IMG/VR virus record: IMGVR_UViG_2881684137_000004 | Coordinates: 1 to 64,000 of that record | Reading direction: 5' to 3' (one strand) | DNA from: a virus | Taxonomy: Duplodnaviria; Heunggongvirae; Uroviricota; Caudoviricetes | DNA length: 64,000 nt | Part shown: positions 49,301 to 59,388 of the stretch, in pieces | Position numbering within the stretch: the first letter of the stretch is position 1 | How the letters are laid out: every line of letters begins with the position of its first letter | Notes under the pieces: generated by a model | Database searches by the model: none | What the model saw: only the letters and a program-made list of their open reading frames with translations | Told to the model about the DNA's origin: nothing | Made by a program: the position numbers and the translations under genes

Positions 49301-49648
49301 TCAACCTCCACTTACTATTTCAAAACTTACCGAAGACCTCTTTCCGTTCCAAAAATTAAAATCGTATTTAAAAGTTTTATTAAACAATAACACCGTCATT
49401 TCAAAGTAATGCTCGTGTTCAAAAACATCGATTATCTCACCGATCACTTTAGAATCACTGCTAGTCCTGTCTGAAACAAGTATATTTAGATAATCGTTCT
49501 TATTTCCGAATTTAATTGCTTTAAATTTTACTGTCATTTCTTCTGAGCAGCTATCTCCTGTAAGATCAATTGCTGATATATCATCGTAAATTCCCAATTC
49601 ACTTCGCATATCTTCGAGTGTTTTAATGCGCTCTTCTCGGGTAGTCAT
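49301..49648 (-). CDS. hypothetical protein
   Basis: ORF. Confidence 0.5.
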   Translation of the reverse strand: MTTREERIKTLEDMRSELGIYDDISAIDLTGDSCSEEMTVKFKAIKFGNKNDYLNILVSDRTSSDSKVIGEIIDVFEHEHYFEMTVLLFNKTFKYDFNFWNGKRSSVSFEIVSGG

Positions 49649-49777
49649 TAATTCACCTCACTTTTCAAAAACCTTTTCGCAAATTTTAATTGTTGCTCAA
49701 TATACCATTTATCGATGTCACTTTGATCCTGGAGCCATCAACCATATGAAATTATACATCTTCAAAACAAACCCTCC

Positions 49778-50326
49778 TTATTTCTGCAAATAGAAATATT
49801 CTTTTTCTCCTGTTTCAGTGCATGTCCTGTGCATTCTCTTTCCTTCCACATCAAAATAAATACTAAACTTTGATGACTCTGGAGGAGGAATGATTCTCCA
49901 CTTATCCGCGAACTCTTCCCATACATAAGAAACTCTTTCATTGTTTTCCCTGTTGTGTTTGATAATGTACTCAATTCTTTCAAAATTGTCATTATCAGTG
50001 CTAAAGCGTGTGCTACTGAACGGAAGAAAATCACAAGAATCAAGATCTGGCTCAGGAAAAATTAATAGTAAATCATCAGTACCAACTACAACAGGAATTT
50101 TTTCATACCATTTTATAACATCACTCATGAGCTTTTTCTTTGCTGTATTATTCTGCCTGTGTAATTCTCTGCGTTCTGGAGTAAATAAATTTCCTAGCCA
50201 GGATTCATCTTCAAATGGTTGATCTAGAATGACTTTAAACGACTTCACTCTATTCAATATCGTTTGTTCTCTGGTTTCTAGTGACATTTTTATTTTCCCC
50301 TCTTCACCACTATTATCATAAATCAT
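49778..50326 (-). CDS. hypothetical protein
   Basis: 182-aa ORF; start may be the internal MSLETREQ. Confidence 0.5.
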   Translation of the reverse strand: MIYDNSGEEGKIKMSLETREQTILNRVKSFKVILDQPFEDESWLGNLFTPERRELHRQNNTAKKKLMSDVIKWYEKIPVVVGTDDLLLIFPEPDLDSCDFLPFSSTRFSTDNDNFERIEYIIKHNRENNERVSYVWEEFADKWRIIPPPESSKFSIYFDVEGKRMHRTCTETGEKEYFYLQK

Positions 50327-50327
50327 C

Positions 50328-50552
50328 CTATTTCATATTTTCTCGTTGCTCAATGTATCCCTTAAAATATTCCCATTGTGCATCAAGTTCATCGATATTT
50401 CTTTTGATATAGCTTTCGGCAACAGAATCATCTACTAGCCCTTGGACAGACAATTGATACATTAGTTCAATCTTAGAGACCATTTCAAAAAACTCTTTTG
50501 CATATCCTTTAGCATAGTTCAGCCTATATTGATTAAGTCCATGTTTATTCAT
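50328..50552 (-). CDS. hypothetical protein
   Basis: ORF. Confidence 0.5.
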   Translation of the reverse strand: MNKHGLNQYRLNYAKGYAKEFFEMVSKIELMYQLSVQGLVDDSVAESYIKRNIDELDAQWEYFKGYIEQRENMK

Positions 50553-50554
50553 TC

Positions 50555-50989
50555 CTACCGCCTCTTTCCATCAGTTAATATATACATAGCAGCCCCATAT
50601 TTTTTCATCCGTTCCTTGTCTTTTACTGTGAATTCGATAAGCCTGGACACATCCATATTATCTTCAATATCCAATATCTTAATTTTAGTCGCCAATTCAT
50701 TTGTTTTTACTCTATAAATAAATTCATCGTATTTCTCACTCTTCCTTCTTGTGAGACAGTCAATAGCATCAACAACTTTATTAGAAAACAGATTTAGGCT
50801 TTGCAAATACTCCAGGGTGATTTCGGTATCCTCTACGATGTCATGAAGCAAAGCTACAATTCTCTCCTCTTCTGTTTCACATTTTAGCATTAAACGGAGA
50901 GGATGTAATATGTATGGATTCCCACCTTTATCATATTGTCCATCATGCATTCCTGTCGCTAATGTAATCGCCTTTGTCAATTGACTCAT
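50555..50989 (-). CDS. HD-domain (p)ppGpp/alarmone hydrolase-like protein (RelA/SpoT hydrolase-domain family, small alarmone hydrolase type)
   Basis: GMHDGQ...HPLRL...LLHDIVEDT matches the HD hydrolase motifs of SpoT/Mesh1-type enzymes. 144 aa. Confidence 0.7.
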   Translation of the reverse strand: MSQLTKAITLATGMHDGQYDKGGNPYILHPLRLMLKCETEEERIVALLHDIVEDTEITLEYLQSLNLFSNKVVDAIDCLTRRKSEKYDEFIYRVKTNELATKIKILDIEDNMDVSRLIEFTVKDKERMKKYGAAMYILTDGKRR

Positions 50990-51007
50990 CTTCTCAACTC
51001 CGTTAAT

Positions 51008-51340
51008 TTATTCTTTTGAAAGAGAGTTTTCATCGTTATTATCCCAAAACTCTTTGTAATACTTCTCACTAAAATTCTCTTTAGCAATCTTCTTTAATTC
51101 AGTAAGTTTGTTAATCATATCATCAATGTCACACATATGAATATAGTGACAATTTTCACCTTTTTCTTTTGAGTCCTCGTCATCTGGTGAGTAGCCATTA
51201 TAATAGCTCCATAAATTAATACAGCCATCCCATCTGATTGACACTTCGGTATTATTGTATTCTGAGCCAACCAAAGTCATGGAAACGACTTCATTTTTGC
51301 CAGAATGATTTTCTCTATATACCTTTCTAATATCCCACAT
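51008..51340 (-). CDS. hypothetical protein
   Basis: ORF. Confidence 0.5.
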   Translation of the reverse strand: MWDIRKVYRENHSGKNEVVSMTLVGSEYNNTEVSIRWDGCINLWSYYNGYSPDDEDSKEKGENCHYIHMCDIDDMINKLTELKKIAKENFSEKYYKEFWDNNDENSLSKE

Positions 51341-51379
51341 ATTCTACTCATCCTCCTCAAATGAAACTGAGATTTAATT

Positions 51380-51643
51380 TTATGATTTGGCTAGTGGTAT
51401 AAATTTAAAATATTCAGAGCCGAATTGATTTCTTAATTGTTCCAATCGGATAAAGCCATCGCTAATTGCTTCAATTTGAATCATACCAAAGTAGGCGTCC
51501 AGGAATCTGCCGTTGAATGAATTTCCTTCTTTGTTGATAATTAAAAATTCCAGAGAATCATATCCATGATCCTTTGCATATTCTTCAATCTCATAAATGT
51601 TCATGGCTTCTAAGTTCATATTTATTGCCTCCTTATGTAACAT
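51380..51643 (-). CDS. hypothetical protein
   Basis: ORF. Confidence 0.5.
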   Translation of the reverse strand: MLHKEAINMNLEAMNIYEIEEYAKDHGYDSLEFLIINKEGNSFNGRFLDAYFGMIQIEAISDGFIRLEQLRNQFGSEYFKFIPLAKS

Positions 51644-51682
51644 GAAAAGATTATTTTATAAGATGCAATATAGGTTTTTATT

Positions 51683-51934
51683 TTATGGTCGAGATTTATC
51701 TCTTTCAACCATATACCATTCATTATTGTGATTGTGTTCATGTTGAAGATATATTTTATTTGCGGTCTCTAGCATAAACTTGGCAACGATCTCATCGAGC
51801 AACCTGTAGCTTCCTTCTCTTAAATTATCTCGTTCCCAAGTTAAGGCTCGTAATTTATCTAGCGCTTCTGCCTCATCTGGAGAACCATATTTATTAATAA
51901 TATGCATACATTTCTGAAGATCTTTAATTATCAC
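51683..51934 (-). CDS. hypothetical protein
   Basis: ORF. Confidence 0.5.
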   Translation of the reverse strand: MIIKDLQKCMHIINKYGSPDEAEALDKLRALTWERDNLREGSYRLLDEIVAKFMLETANKIYLQHEHNHNNEWYMVERDKSRP

Positions 51935-51977
51935 AACTAATCACTCCTTTCTGATTCTATGAAACACTCGTTTCATG

Positions 51978-52697
51978 CTAAGTTAAACGGCGCTTATACA
52001 TTTCTCTGAGCATCTTTAATTGTCTCATATTTTGATCATAATTAAGCCATTCCCTAGAAATTTCAACATGTGTAGGCCATTTGAAGTATTTTATTAATTG
52101 AGGAAATCGTTTGAAGTATTTAATATCATACACAGAGTAGAATGCCAAAGACGCAAATACAAATGCAGGCGATTTAATTTGATAACTCTTTATTCCATCG
52201 GTTTTTAAAAATCTCACAAAAGATTTAGCTGACACAGAATCTCCAAAAATAAATCTCACATCTGTTCTATTGTTTTTTATAAGATATTCATGTGTTTTTA
52301 TCACAGCATCAATGGCTTGATAAGAAAAAAATGTGGAACGACTTTTGAATGGAAGAAGGGAAAGTTGTTTGAGCCCATCTTTTTCTTGTAAATGAATCGC
52401 TACGGCCTTTTGCACAGTAAAAGAGTTAAACAAGTCTTCTTCTCCAAAACAACCAAGGTCATTAACTATTACTTTTTTTCTCTTAAAGAATTTATATGTT
52501 TGCAATGAGACAATCAAGACAAAGATAATTGTTGGACAAAGTAGTAAATAAAGGAATGACATACTGAAAATATAGTCGAATCCATAAATCAAAACATTCA
52601 CAAAAATCAAGCTAGCCACGCAGATTAAGAGTGGATCAGCAAATCTCATTGTTAGCATGTATGAAGGTCTTTCGAATGCGCTTTTTATGTAGCTCAT
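51978..52697 (-). CDS. membrane protein (2-3 N-terminal TM helices plus a cytoplasmic domain)
   Basis: ORF. Confidence 0.5.
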   Translation of the reverse strand: MSYIKSAFERPSYMLTMRFADPLLICVASLIFVNVLIYGFDYIFSMSFLYLLLCPTIIFVLIVSLQTYKFFKRKKVIVNDLGCFGEEDLFNSFTVQKAVAIHLQEKDGLKQLSLLPFKSRSTFFSYQAIDAVIKTHEYLIKNNRTDVRFIFGDSVSAKSFVRFLKTDGIKSYQIKSPAFVFASLAFYSVYDIKYFKRFPQLIKYFKWPTHVEISREWLNYDQNMRQLKMLREMYKRRLT

Positions 52698-52974
52698 ATT
52701 TCCATCTCACTTATTAGTATTTTGCGTATCTCAATTTCTTTGCTTCTTCAATAACAACCTGGACGTCCTCATTCTCTACGATCATTCATTCTCCACCATA
52801 TTGAATATAAAACACATTCCCAATGAACAGTGTTTAATTTAAAAGTCATTAATTTATTTTACTAGCGTATGTGTCATTTGTTTCTCTGTTCCTTTTGGAT
52901 ATATGATACTAAAGCAGCTTTACACACTGCCTCAGGCAATTGTATGTAAGGTTTCTATTTTTCTCCTCTCAAAC

Positions 52975-53277
52975 TTAATCTGTACCTTTTTGATCATGGG
53001 TGGGGATACCTACCCCAAAAGCATCTTGAATAAAACAGCGTCCAACATGGGTGTTCAACCATCCAATAATTGTATCAGCAACAATCTCGGCAGTTTCTGG
53101 TGTTCCTTTGTGTATTGCGTTCCACACCTCATCAGAGACTGTATCAGGGTTTGTAGTGCGGTAAATAACATGTTGCATTATTTGATGCTTATATTTTGTA
53201 AGCCAAGTTTGCATCACATCAGACTCTAATCTTCCTTTACGATACAATGACATATCTTTGCAAGAACTAAATTCCAT
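52975..53277 (-). CDS. hypothetical protein
   Basis: Start at MEFSSCKDM after RBS GGGAGGAG. Confidence 0.5.
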   Translation of the reverse strand: MEFSSCKDMSLYRKGRLESDVMQTWLTKYKHQIMQHVIYRTTNPDTVSDEVWNAIHKGTPETAEIVADTIIGWLNTHVGRCFIQDAFGVGIPTHDQKGTD

Positions 53278-53292
53278 ATTAACTCCTCCCAT

Positions 53293-53486
53293 TATTTCAT
53301 CTTAACAAGTGTATGACACTCTTCTTCTATTACAAAGTATTCACCACCAACATGAAAATTTATTACCATGCCTACTTCTCCAAACATCTTTACTGACTAT
53401 CCGTTATTGAAAGGCTTGATTTGATAAGTTTTACCTTTTTCAAAATAGGTTCTAATATCAACTGTCCAATTTTTCAAACACAAATG
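53293..53486 (-). pseudogene. small ORF interrupted by an in-frame TAG (MRAHLCLKNWTVDIRTYFEKGKTYQIKPFNNG*SVKMFGEVGMVINFHVGGEYFVIEEECHTLVKMK)
   Basis: Good RBS AGGAAGGGG. The same frame continues after a single amber codon near 53388. Confidence 0.3.
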
Positions 53487-53516
53487 TGCTCTCATTTAAC
53501 GCCCCTTCCTAAAATG

Positions 53517-53735
53517 TCAATTTAGCTTGTCTATTGCCCAGTTATTGAAGCTAGATACGGAACATGATTTAATTCGATGGTCACAATCTGGATTATGCGG
53601 GCTAATTACATATGAAACCCTATTTGTCTCGTAATTAATCTTTACGATTTTCCTTATTGTATAATAGTCTCCGTAGAGACATCCAACTTCCAGACTAGAT
53701 GCTTCTGTTTCTTTAATCGTCACCGTTTTTCCCAT
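53517..53735 (-). CDS. hypothetical protein
   Basis: ORF. Confidence 0.45.
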   Translation of the reverse strand: MGKTVTIKETEASSLEVGCLYGDYYTIRKIVKINYETNRVSYVISPHNPDCDHRIKSCSVSSFNNWAIDKLN

Positions 53736-53756
53736 GTAAATATCACTTCCCTAAAA

Positions 53757-54101
53757 TTAATAATATGCTTTGCGTCCTGTTAATCGCTCATAGTAAGCCC
53801 CAATAACTCGCTCTATGCCAGGAGGTATTGAGATGATACTATGAGCATTCATAACCCTCTCTATCGCTCCCAACTCAATTTGTCCATGAATGTAACCTTG
53901 CTTTTCTGCCATTTTATTTGCAGTTTTAATCATTCTTTTTAAATTAGCAATGAATTTCACATCTTCTGGTTCATCGACTTCTACAGGCTTATTAACTGTA
54001 TCTTCTTGACATATGTCGCATTCCGTTTCGCTCCAATGTATATCTCTTCCACATTTACAACTGTGAACCATACGCCACCACCTTTTTGAATTAGTTCTCA
54101 A
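53757..54101 (-). CDS. hypothetical protein with N-terminal Cys cluster
   Basis: ORF. Confidence 0.5.
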   Translation of the reverse strand: MRTNSKRWWRMVHSCKCGRDIHWSETECDICQEDTVNKPVEVDEPEDVKFIANLKRMIKTANKMAEKQGYIHGQIELGAIERVMNAHSIISIPPGIERVIGAYYERLTGRKAYY

Positions 54102-54116
54102 GAATAAAATTATTCT

Positions 54117-54464
54117 TTATTCTTTCATTAAATACTTATCTAGTAAAACCGAAAGGTTCTCAATTGCTTTTTGGGGATTGTTCGATTGCTCAATATAAGT
54201 AACAATAGTATCTCTAATTCCATTATCATTAATTGCTACTTCTCCGTACATATCTTCCATCCAACTTTTTATTAAAATAAGTTGCTCATTCGCTTTGGCA
54301 TAATGTTCAGCTGCTTGTTCAATAGATTTTTGAATGTGCTCAGGGATTTTTTTCATTAAATTATCCGCTCCTGTCTTTTTGAAATTTGCTATATACATAC
54401 TACATAATTTATTATGGATTATTTCAATGCCGCGCGATTTCAATTGCTCTTTGCTTAGTATCAA
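54117..54464 (-). CDS. hypothetical protein
   Basis: ORF. Confidence 0.5.
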   Translation of the reverse strand: MILSKEQLKSRGIEIIHNKLCSMYIANFKKTGADNLMKKIPEHIQKSIEQAAEHYAKANEQLILIKSWMEDMYGEVAINDNGIRDTIVTYIEQSNNPQKAIENLSVLLDKYLMKE

Positions 54465-54578
54465 AAGAGCACCGAACTTGTTTTTATTTATTCTTTAAGT
54501 TTGAATAAATCCAAGAGCCACTTAGCTTCAAATCCATTTCTTTAATAGTGAATTTCCCACAGACAGCGGAGCAGACAT

Positions 54579-55010
54579 TTATCCTTTTCTCTGATCCACT
54601 TTGAACAACTTATCTCCTGAATGCCAGCCAGTAGTATAGATCATTTTTGTATCGACCACTCTTCGCACGATTTCATACTCAAACCACTGTCTGTCCCGTT
54701 TCTGTTCGCTGATCAATCTTATATCTCTAACATAGAATTCAATTTCAGATGTCGGCTGCCAAGTCAATCCAACGTATTCATTAATCTCATATTCTGCTTT
54801 TTGTATCGCAGGTGTATCAACAATTTGATTTGGCAAATTAATTATTGCATAATACTCAACAGCATTTTCACCGTCAATGTTACTTCGATCTGGGACGAAT
54901 ATTAAACCATCGTTATAGTAAGCTACATCAACGTTTTCACCGTCAGATATTAAATAGTATCGCCTTTCTTCGGGCGGATTTGAAGTGTCATATAGCATCC
55001 AATTTATCAT
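54579..55010 (-). CDS. hypothetical protein
   Basis: ORF. Confidence 0.5.
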   Translation of the reverse strand: MINWMLYDTSNPPEERRYYLISDGENVDVAYYNDGLIFVPDRSNIDGENAVEYYAIINLPNQIVDTPAIQKAEYEINEYVGLTWQPTSEIEFYVRDIRLISEQKRDRQWFEYEIVRRVVDTKMIYTTGWHSGDKLFKVDQRKG

Positions 55011-55024
55011 AATATTATCCTCCT

Positions 55025-55183
55025 ATCATTTGCCGATCTGAGAGCCGCAAGATACACACTCAATTAGTTCTAGTGTGTAGTCTCCACACATTAAAATGAA
55101 TTTTTTACTATCCACATCAACGCCCCCACGTTTATCAATCTCAAACTTTGCCTCATTTCCACAATTACATACGACCTTTATCA
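55025..55183 (-). CDS. small zinc-ribbon protein (52 aa), below the ORF-track cutoff
   Basis: RBS GGAGGAGAG before ATG. MIKVVCNCGNEAKFEIDKRGG...MCGDYTLELIECVSCGSQIGK with CxC...CG...CxxC. Confidence 0.45.
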
Positions 55184-55216
55184 TATCTCTCCTCCAAGCC
55201 CCATAAAACTATTCTT

Positions 55217-55462
55217 TCATAGCCTGTGCTCGTTCTCATCTGATTCTAAACAATAGTTGCTCCTAATTGCCTCCAAAGCCATCGCTTTTCCTTTCGCTGT
55301 TAGGTGAGGCAACAATTCAAGCAACAACTCCTCGCAAAATTGTGCATATTCATTGAATCCACCAGGCTTGTCAATCTCTTTTTCCAGTCTATTTAGTGCT
55401 TTATGTAAATCATTAGAGCGTATCAATATAAGTCTCCTCCTACTTGCACTCCAATACTTCAA
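55217..55462 (-). CDS. hypothetical protein
   Basis: ORF. Confidence 0.45.
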   Translation of the reverse strand: MKYWSASRRRLILIRSNDLHKALNRLEKEIDKPGGFNEYAQFCEELLLELLPHLTAKGKAMALEAIRSNYCLESDENEHRL

Positions 55463-55898
55463 ATCCTAACTCTTCACCTTTGATCAACTTGCTCCAAACT
55501 TCCCTCAACTCATCTTCGGTAACGAAATCTTCCTCAACGTTATTTAAAATTTCTCTAATCATAATTTCCACATTAACATTGCCATATGCGTCATAGATCG
55601 ATTCTTTCTCTACTTCATTAGAGCCAAAGTGAAAAACTCCTGCACCGTATTTGTGAAATACTTTATCAATGTAATCCCAATTGCGATCTAAATAATCTTC
55701 CACAGCCATTGACTCGGGGTCACCTACGGATAGCCAAACTGAGTGAATCCCATTTTCATAGTGTTTACTAGCTACCATTTTAACCGCATATTTGTCATAT
55801 CGTGTATTAACCGCAAACCATATTGATTTTGTGATCTTATTTAGAAATTCGTTGTTGTTAATTAGTTCCACCACTTTCGATTCGATAATCATCAGCAT
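55440..55898 (-). CDS. hypothetical protein
   Basis: ORF. Confidence 0.5.
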   Translation of the reverse strand: MLMIIESKVVELINNNEFLNKITKSIWFAVNTRYDKYAVKMVASKHYENGIHSVWLSVGDPESMAVEDYLDRNWDYIDKVFHKYGAGVFHFGSNEVEKESIYDAYGNVNVEIMIREILNNVEEDFVTEDELREVWSKLIKGEELGFEVLECK

Positions 55899-56193
55899 TA
55901 ATCAACTTCGGCTTACTCGCTTCCCAAGCTGCATTTAGTGCATTGTTTAGAACTTCGATTCCAACAATCTCAATATACCTTTTCATCATGTATTTATCTC
56001 TGTCATCCCTGTTGAGTATATAATAAGAATATTCTTCATTAATCTGACTATCCAAGAAGATCATTTTCCTCTTCCCTTTAGGAACGAATCTAACATTTTG
56101 AATGATATGATTCCAGTCATCTTCATTAAATATTACATTAACTTCCACTTTTCCAGCCTCTACTTTTTCTTCGTGTTTGTATGTACGCCACAT
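55858..56193 (-). CDS. hypothetical protein
   Basis: ORF. Confidence 0.5.
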   Translation of the reverse strand: MWRTYKHEEKVEAGKVEVNVIFNEDDWNHIIQNVRFVPKGKRKMIFLDSQINEEYSYYILNRDDRDKYMMKRYIEIVGIEVLNNALNAAWEASKPKLINADDYRIESGGTN

Positions 56194-56244
56194 GTTAACT
56201 TCTCCTCATCCTCTTCCTATAAAATAACCATTTGTTTCATGACA

Positions 56245-56613
56245 TCAATCAATTATTCGTCCCTCTGAAGATAGATTTTCTTCTTTTAAAAGCCCAAATC
56301 TCTCGCCTATTCTCATCATTTGATTTGGATGATTTACTTTGTATAGCCACATCATAGCGCCTACACAGTGCTGTTCTTTAACTGTCGTTGGCTTATCTTC
56401 GTTATAATTAACAGTTTTGTGACAAGAAAAACTTTGATCTTGCAGCAGATCGCTTTTGATTTGAATGATGCGTTTATTGAGAATAGTTTTATTTGTGCTA
56501 CTCCCTTCAACAAAAGGACAATCTTTACATGTTTGTTTTAGTTTGAACAAATCCCTGTCCTCTTTCTTATGTTTATTCTTTTTATACAAAAACTCTCTTA
56601 TGAACTTTCTCAC
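56245..56613 (-). CDS. hypothetical protein
   Basis: ORF. Confidence 0.5.
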   Translation of the reverse strand: MRKFIREFLYKKNKHKKEDRDLFKLKQTCKDCPFVEGSSTNKTILNKRIIQIKSDLLQDQSFSCHKTVNYNEDKPTTVKEQHCVGAMMWLYKVNHPNQMMRIGERFGLLKEENLSSEGRIID

Positions 56614-56751
56614 TCAAGACTATGAACTATCCCTTAATGCTTTATGTAAATTTTCATCTGTAACAGCGCGAATGTAGTCCTCAATATAATTCATACCACA
56701 TAACTCCTTATAAATGGTATTGTTTAATTTAATACTTTCCATAATAATAAG

Positions 56752-56805
56752 AGCGATATGCCAACCATTTCCTATTTCTAAGTTAAGTTTAGCATATCGC
56801 TCTAC
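56752..56805. terminator. hairpin with perfect 11-bp stem (GAGCGATATGC...GCATATCGCTC) and 31-nt loop, downstream of gene 56853..57362
   Basis: Perfect inverted repeat followed on the minus strand by TTATTATTAT. Confidence 0.35.
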
Positions 56806-56852
56806 ATACAGTCAATTAATATTAATATATGTTATATGTATTTTTCTTTTTA

Positions 56853-57362
56853 TTAGCTGAAACGAATATGTTTTGATTCTGGTGCAATTGTTGCTCCCTC
56901 AATCTTTACTTTTAATTTTAGATCTGCAAGAATATCTTTTTTAAGAATGTTATCAGGTTGCTTCTCACGATACTTCTCAGGGATTTTTGACTCATTGAGT
57001 ATCAAAACAGATGGAGGATTTCTTTGTAGTCTAACTCGAAAGACACCTGCTTCAATTTTTTCAATATTATTATTAACCATTATGCCTTGAGCATATTGCT
57101 TCAAACCTTTAAATTTATTTTCAAGGTACTTACGGCGTTTGGCAAGTCTATCTTCCTCCGCTTTGAACATTTCAATTTCCGATTCGATATTTTTTAGGAA
57201 TCTAGCAATGTTGTCGAGTTTATTTCCTAAAGCATCTTCAACGCTTTCTAGTGTTTCAATAAACATTTCCAGATCGTCTTCTTCAAGTTCATTGTCCCAG
57301 GAAGCATCAATAAATTCCATTAATTTTCTATATTGTGTTCCCAGCTCATATAATTTGGCCAT
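56853..57362 (-). CDS. Siphovirus Gp157-like coiled-coil protein (tentative)
   Basis: Size, N-terminal MAKLYELGTQYRKLMEF and coiled-coil architecture resemble the Gp157 family typically found near phage recombination genes. Confidence 0.4.
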   Translation of the reverse strand: MAKLYELGTQYRKLMEFIDASWDNELEEDDLEMFIETLESVEDALGNKLDNIARFLKNIESEIEMFKAEEDRLAKRRKYLENKFKGLKQYAQGIMVNNNIEKIEAGVFRVRLQRNPPSVLILNESKIPEKYREKQPDNILKKDILADLKLKVKIEGATIAPESKHIRFS

Positions 57363-57374
57363 ATAAAGTCTCCT

Positions 57375-58304
57375 CTATTTTTCGATTTCTGTGTATCCTT
57401 CATTTAAAAAGCAGGATTTAAACTCATCGCATTTAGTTCTCCATGAATATCCAACTGTAAACTTTTTAGACTTTAAATCAATTTTCATGATTTCATCATA
57501 CCCATTTCTGAATTCTGCTTCTTCAATATAGAACATAGTATTATAATATTTAGATTGATAAAATCTAATTCTTCGATCTTTTTCAACACTCTCATTAAAT
57601 GATTTAACTCTCTTTTTTATTTCTTGTATCTCTTTGTTGAATTCAGGATTGAGCACATGTGCGAATCTATTCGTTACATTGTGACTTCTCCCAAAGGGCA
57701 ACGATTTTGATTTACAGTGAGGACAGCCACTTGGGTATGTCCCATCTCCCATCAAAGTTCTTTCTCTGCTCATTTGAGACTCTAACATTTCTTTTGAGCA
57801 ATTATAACAGATACTAATATCATCTTTAAGATACTTCGAGTCCATATAATCATTCTGAATGATTTCAATTTTCAAATCATTATCGATAATATAATCAATT
57901 AAGCGATTAGTAATATTGTACTTTTTACTGCACTCCTGACACATGTCTCCCAATCCTTGAATAGTGATAAAGCCTTCATTGTAAATGATTCCTGAATAGT
58001 AAATGGGCTTATTGTAGTTTTTATCACCTTTATTATGGTTGCGACTGGATCTAGGATAAATTTTGTAATCACTCTTTTTATCACAATAATCACAAGAGAG
58101 TATGTATTTATGTTTCCATTTCAGCATACCTGTCTTTTCTGAATTCTTAATTATTTCATTCATAATAGGCAGCTCAAAGCCATATGAAGATTCTTTCTTG
58201 GCTTCTTCAATTACCTTCTGAGCTTCTTCCGAAACCTTACCGTCAATCAGCTCTAGCTCATCCAATGAAAGTTCAATTTTATATCTTTTGGTTTTAATTT
58301 TCAA
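57375..58304 (-). CDS. hypothetical multi-Cys (several CxxC pairs) protein
   Basis: 309-aa ORF. Confidence 0.5.
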   Translation of the reverse strand: MKIKTKRYKIELSLDELELIDGKVSEEAQKVIEEAKKESSYGFELPIMNEIIKNSEKTGMLKWKHKYILSCDYCDKKSDYKIYPRSSRNHNKGDKNYNKPIYYSGIIYNEGFITIQGLGDMCQECSKKYNITNRLIDYIIDNDLKIEIIQNDYMDSKYLKDDISICYNCSKEMLESQMSRERTLMGDGTYPSGCPHCKSKSLPFGRSHNVTNRFAHVLNPEFNKEIQEIKKRVKSFNESVEKDRRIRFYQSKYYNTMFYIEEAEFRNGYDEIMKIDLKSKKFTVGYSWRTKCDEFKSCFLNEGYTEIEK

Positions 58305-58313
58305 TCATTCTCC

Positions 58314-58565
58314 TTAAGTAATTTTATCAATGTTTCCTTTGTTTTTTTTTATAAAACTGAAGATGGCAATTAGCTCACGCATATTACGTTTATTCAGCAA
58401 CTCTGCACATTCATCTCTCAAGGTAAACAATTGCTCTTGAAAATCATTTCGCAAAGAAGAAGGACAGTCAAGTGTATCAGGTACTGCATTTAAATGACCT
58501 TCTTCGCTCTCATGGCAGCAAGTATCAAAATTGTTCCATAGGCAGTGATTGTTATTACAGTTCAT
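58314..58565 (-). CDS. hypothetical Cys-rich protein (83 aa from internal ATG)
   Basis: RBS GGAGAGTGA before ATG (MNCNNNHC...). Confidence 0.45.
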   Translation of the reverse strand: MNCNNNHCLWNNFDTCCHESEEGHLNAVPDTLDCPSSLRNDFQEQLFTLRDECAELLNKRNMRELIAIFSFIKKNKGNIDKIT

Positions 58566-59388
58566 TTTCACTCTCCATTCTATGTCTAAAGTACAATTTT
58601 CTATTTTCTTTTTTGACTTCGCACCACTTGTGCTCAAAGTCTGTCAATGCCTTAGATAGTGACGGTTTTGGTGACGAGTAGTGAGTTTCACAATATTTCA
58701 GTATCGTGTTCATATCCAGCCAGCCGTCTTCGTTTACCTTCCTGAGATCAATCAACTTATTATCTTCATACCACCACAGTCGAACATTTCTTACGTCACT
58801 TCTAACACTACTCAGAAGCTCACGGACGCGGTTCATGGTTGACCTATATGGTGTAACATATCCACCGCCTGATAAACCTCCTGATATATTGCTATTATCA
58901 AAATCATGCTTATATTGTTCGATTATTTCTTTGAAAGGATTATCATTTCTAATATTTCTATGAAATTTAGCTTTAAGATGAGATTTGAAACCATGAACAA
59001 TCATATCGCCAGGATTCAAGTCCGAATAATTCATCTGACATTCATAATCTTTCAATGGTCTTACATACAGCAGTCCGATACCAAAAGTTTTGCATATATA
59101 TTCGACCAACCAATTATCGAGCCTGGGACTATTTTTCTTATCTTTCCATGGGACAGCTACGTACACATAGTTTGCCATTTTGTATTTAGACCAATATACG
59201 GCTTGATTTAACAAATCAAGTGATAGGCTTACCTTAAGCTCAACCACAGTCGTCATACCTGTTTCTGTGTCGATGCCAACAACATCTGCTCGTTTCATTG
59301 TTCCACTAGGAGTTACTTCACTGTACACTTTTAAATCGTGCGATTCCAGCCAGCGTTTGACTGGCTCATACAATTCAATTTCCTTCAT
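58555..59388 (-). CDS. putative PD-(D/E)XK-fold nuclease domain protein
   Basis: N-terminal PVKRWLESHDL...ADVVGIDTETGMTTVVELKVS (D...E-L-K motif, Hjc/VRR-NUC-like). Confidence 0.45.
   Translation of the reverse strand: MKEIELYEPVKRWLESHDLKVYSEVTPSGTMKRADVVGIDTETGMTTVVELKVSLSLDLLNQAVYWSKYKMANYVYVAVPWKDKKNSPRLDNWLVEYICKTFGIGLLYVRPLKDYECQMNYSDLNPGDMIVHGFKSHLKAKFHRNIRNDNPFKEIIEQYKHDFDNSNISGGLSGGGYVTPYRSTMNRVRELLSSVRSDVRNVRLWWYEDNKLIDLRKVNEDGWLDMNTILKYCETHYSSPKPSLSKALTDFEHKWCEVKKENRKLYFRHRMESENEL

Noticed and set aside
56614-56760. Small minus-strand ORF MESIKLNNTIYKELCGMNYIEDYIRAVTDENLHKALRDSS in the 56.6-56.85 kb gap
   Set aside because: No convincing RBS, and it overlaps the large hairpin. 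Not called.
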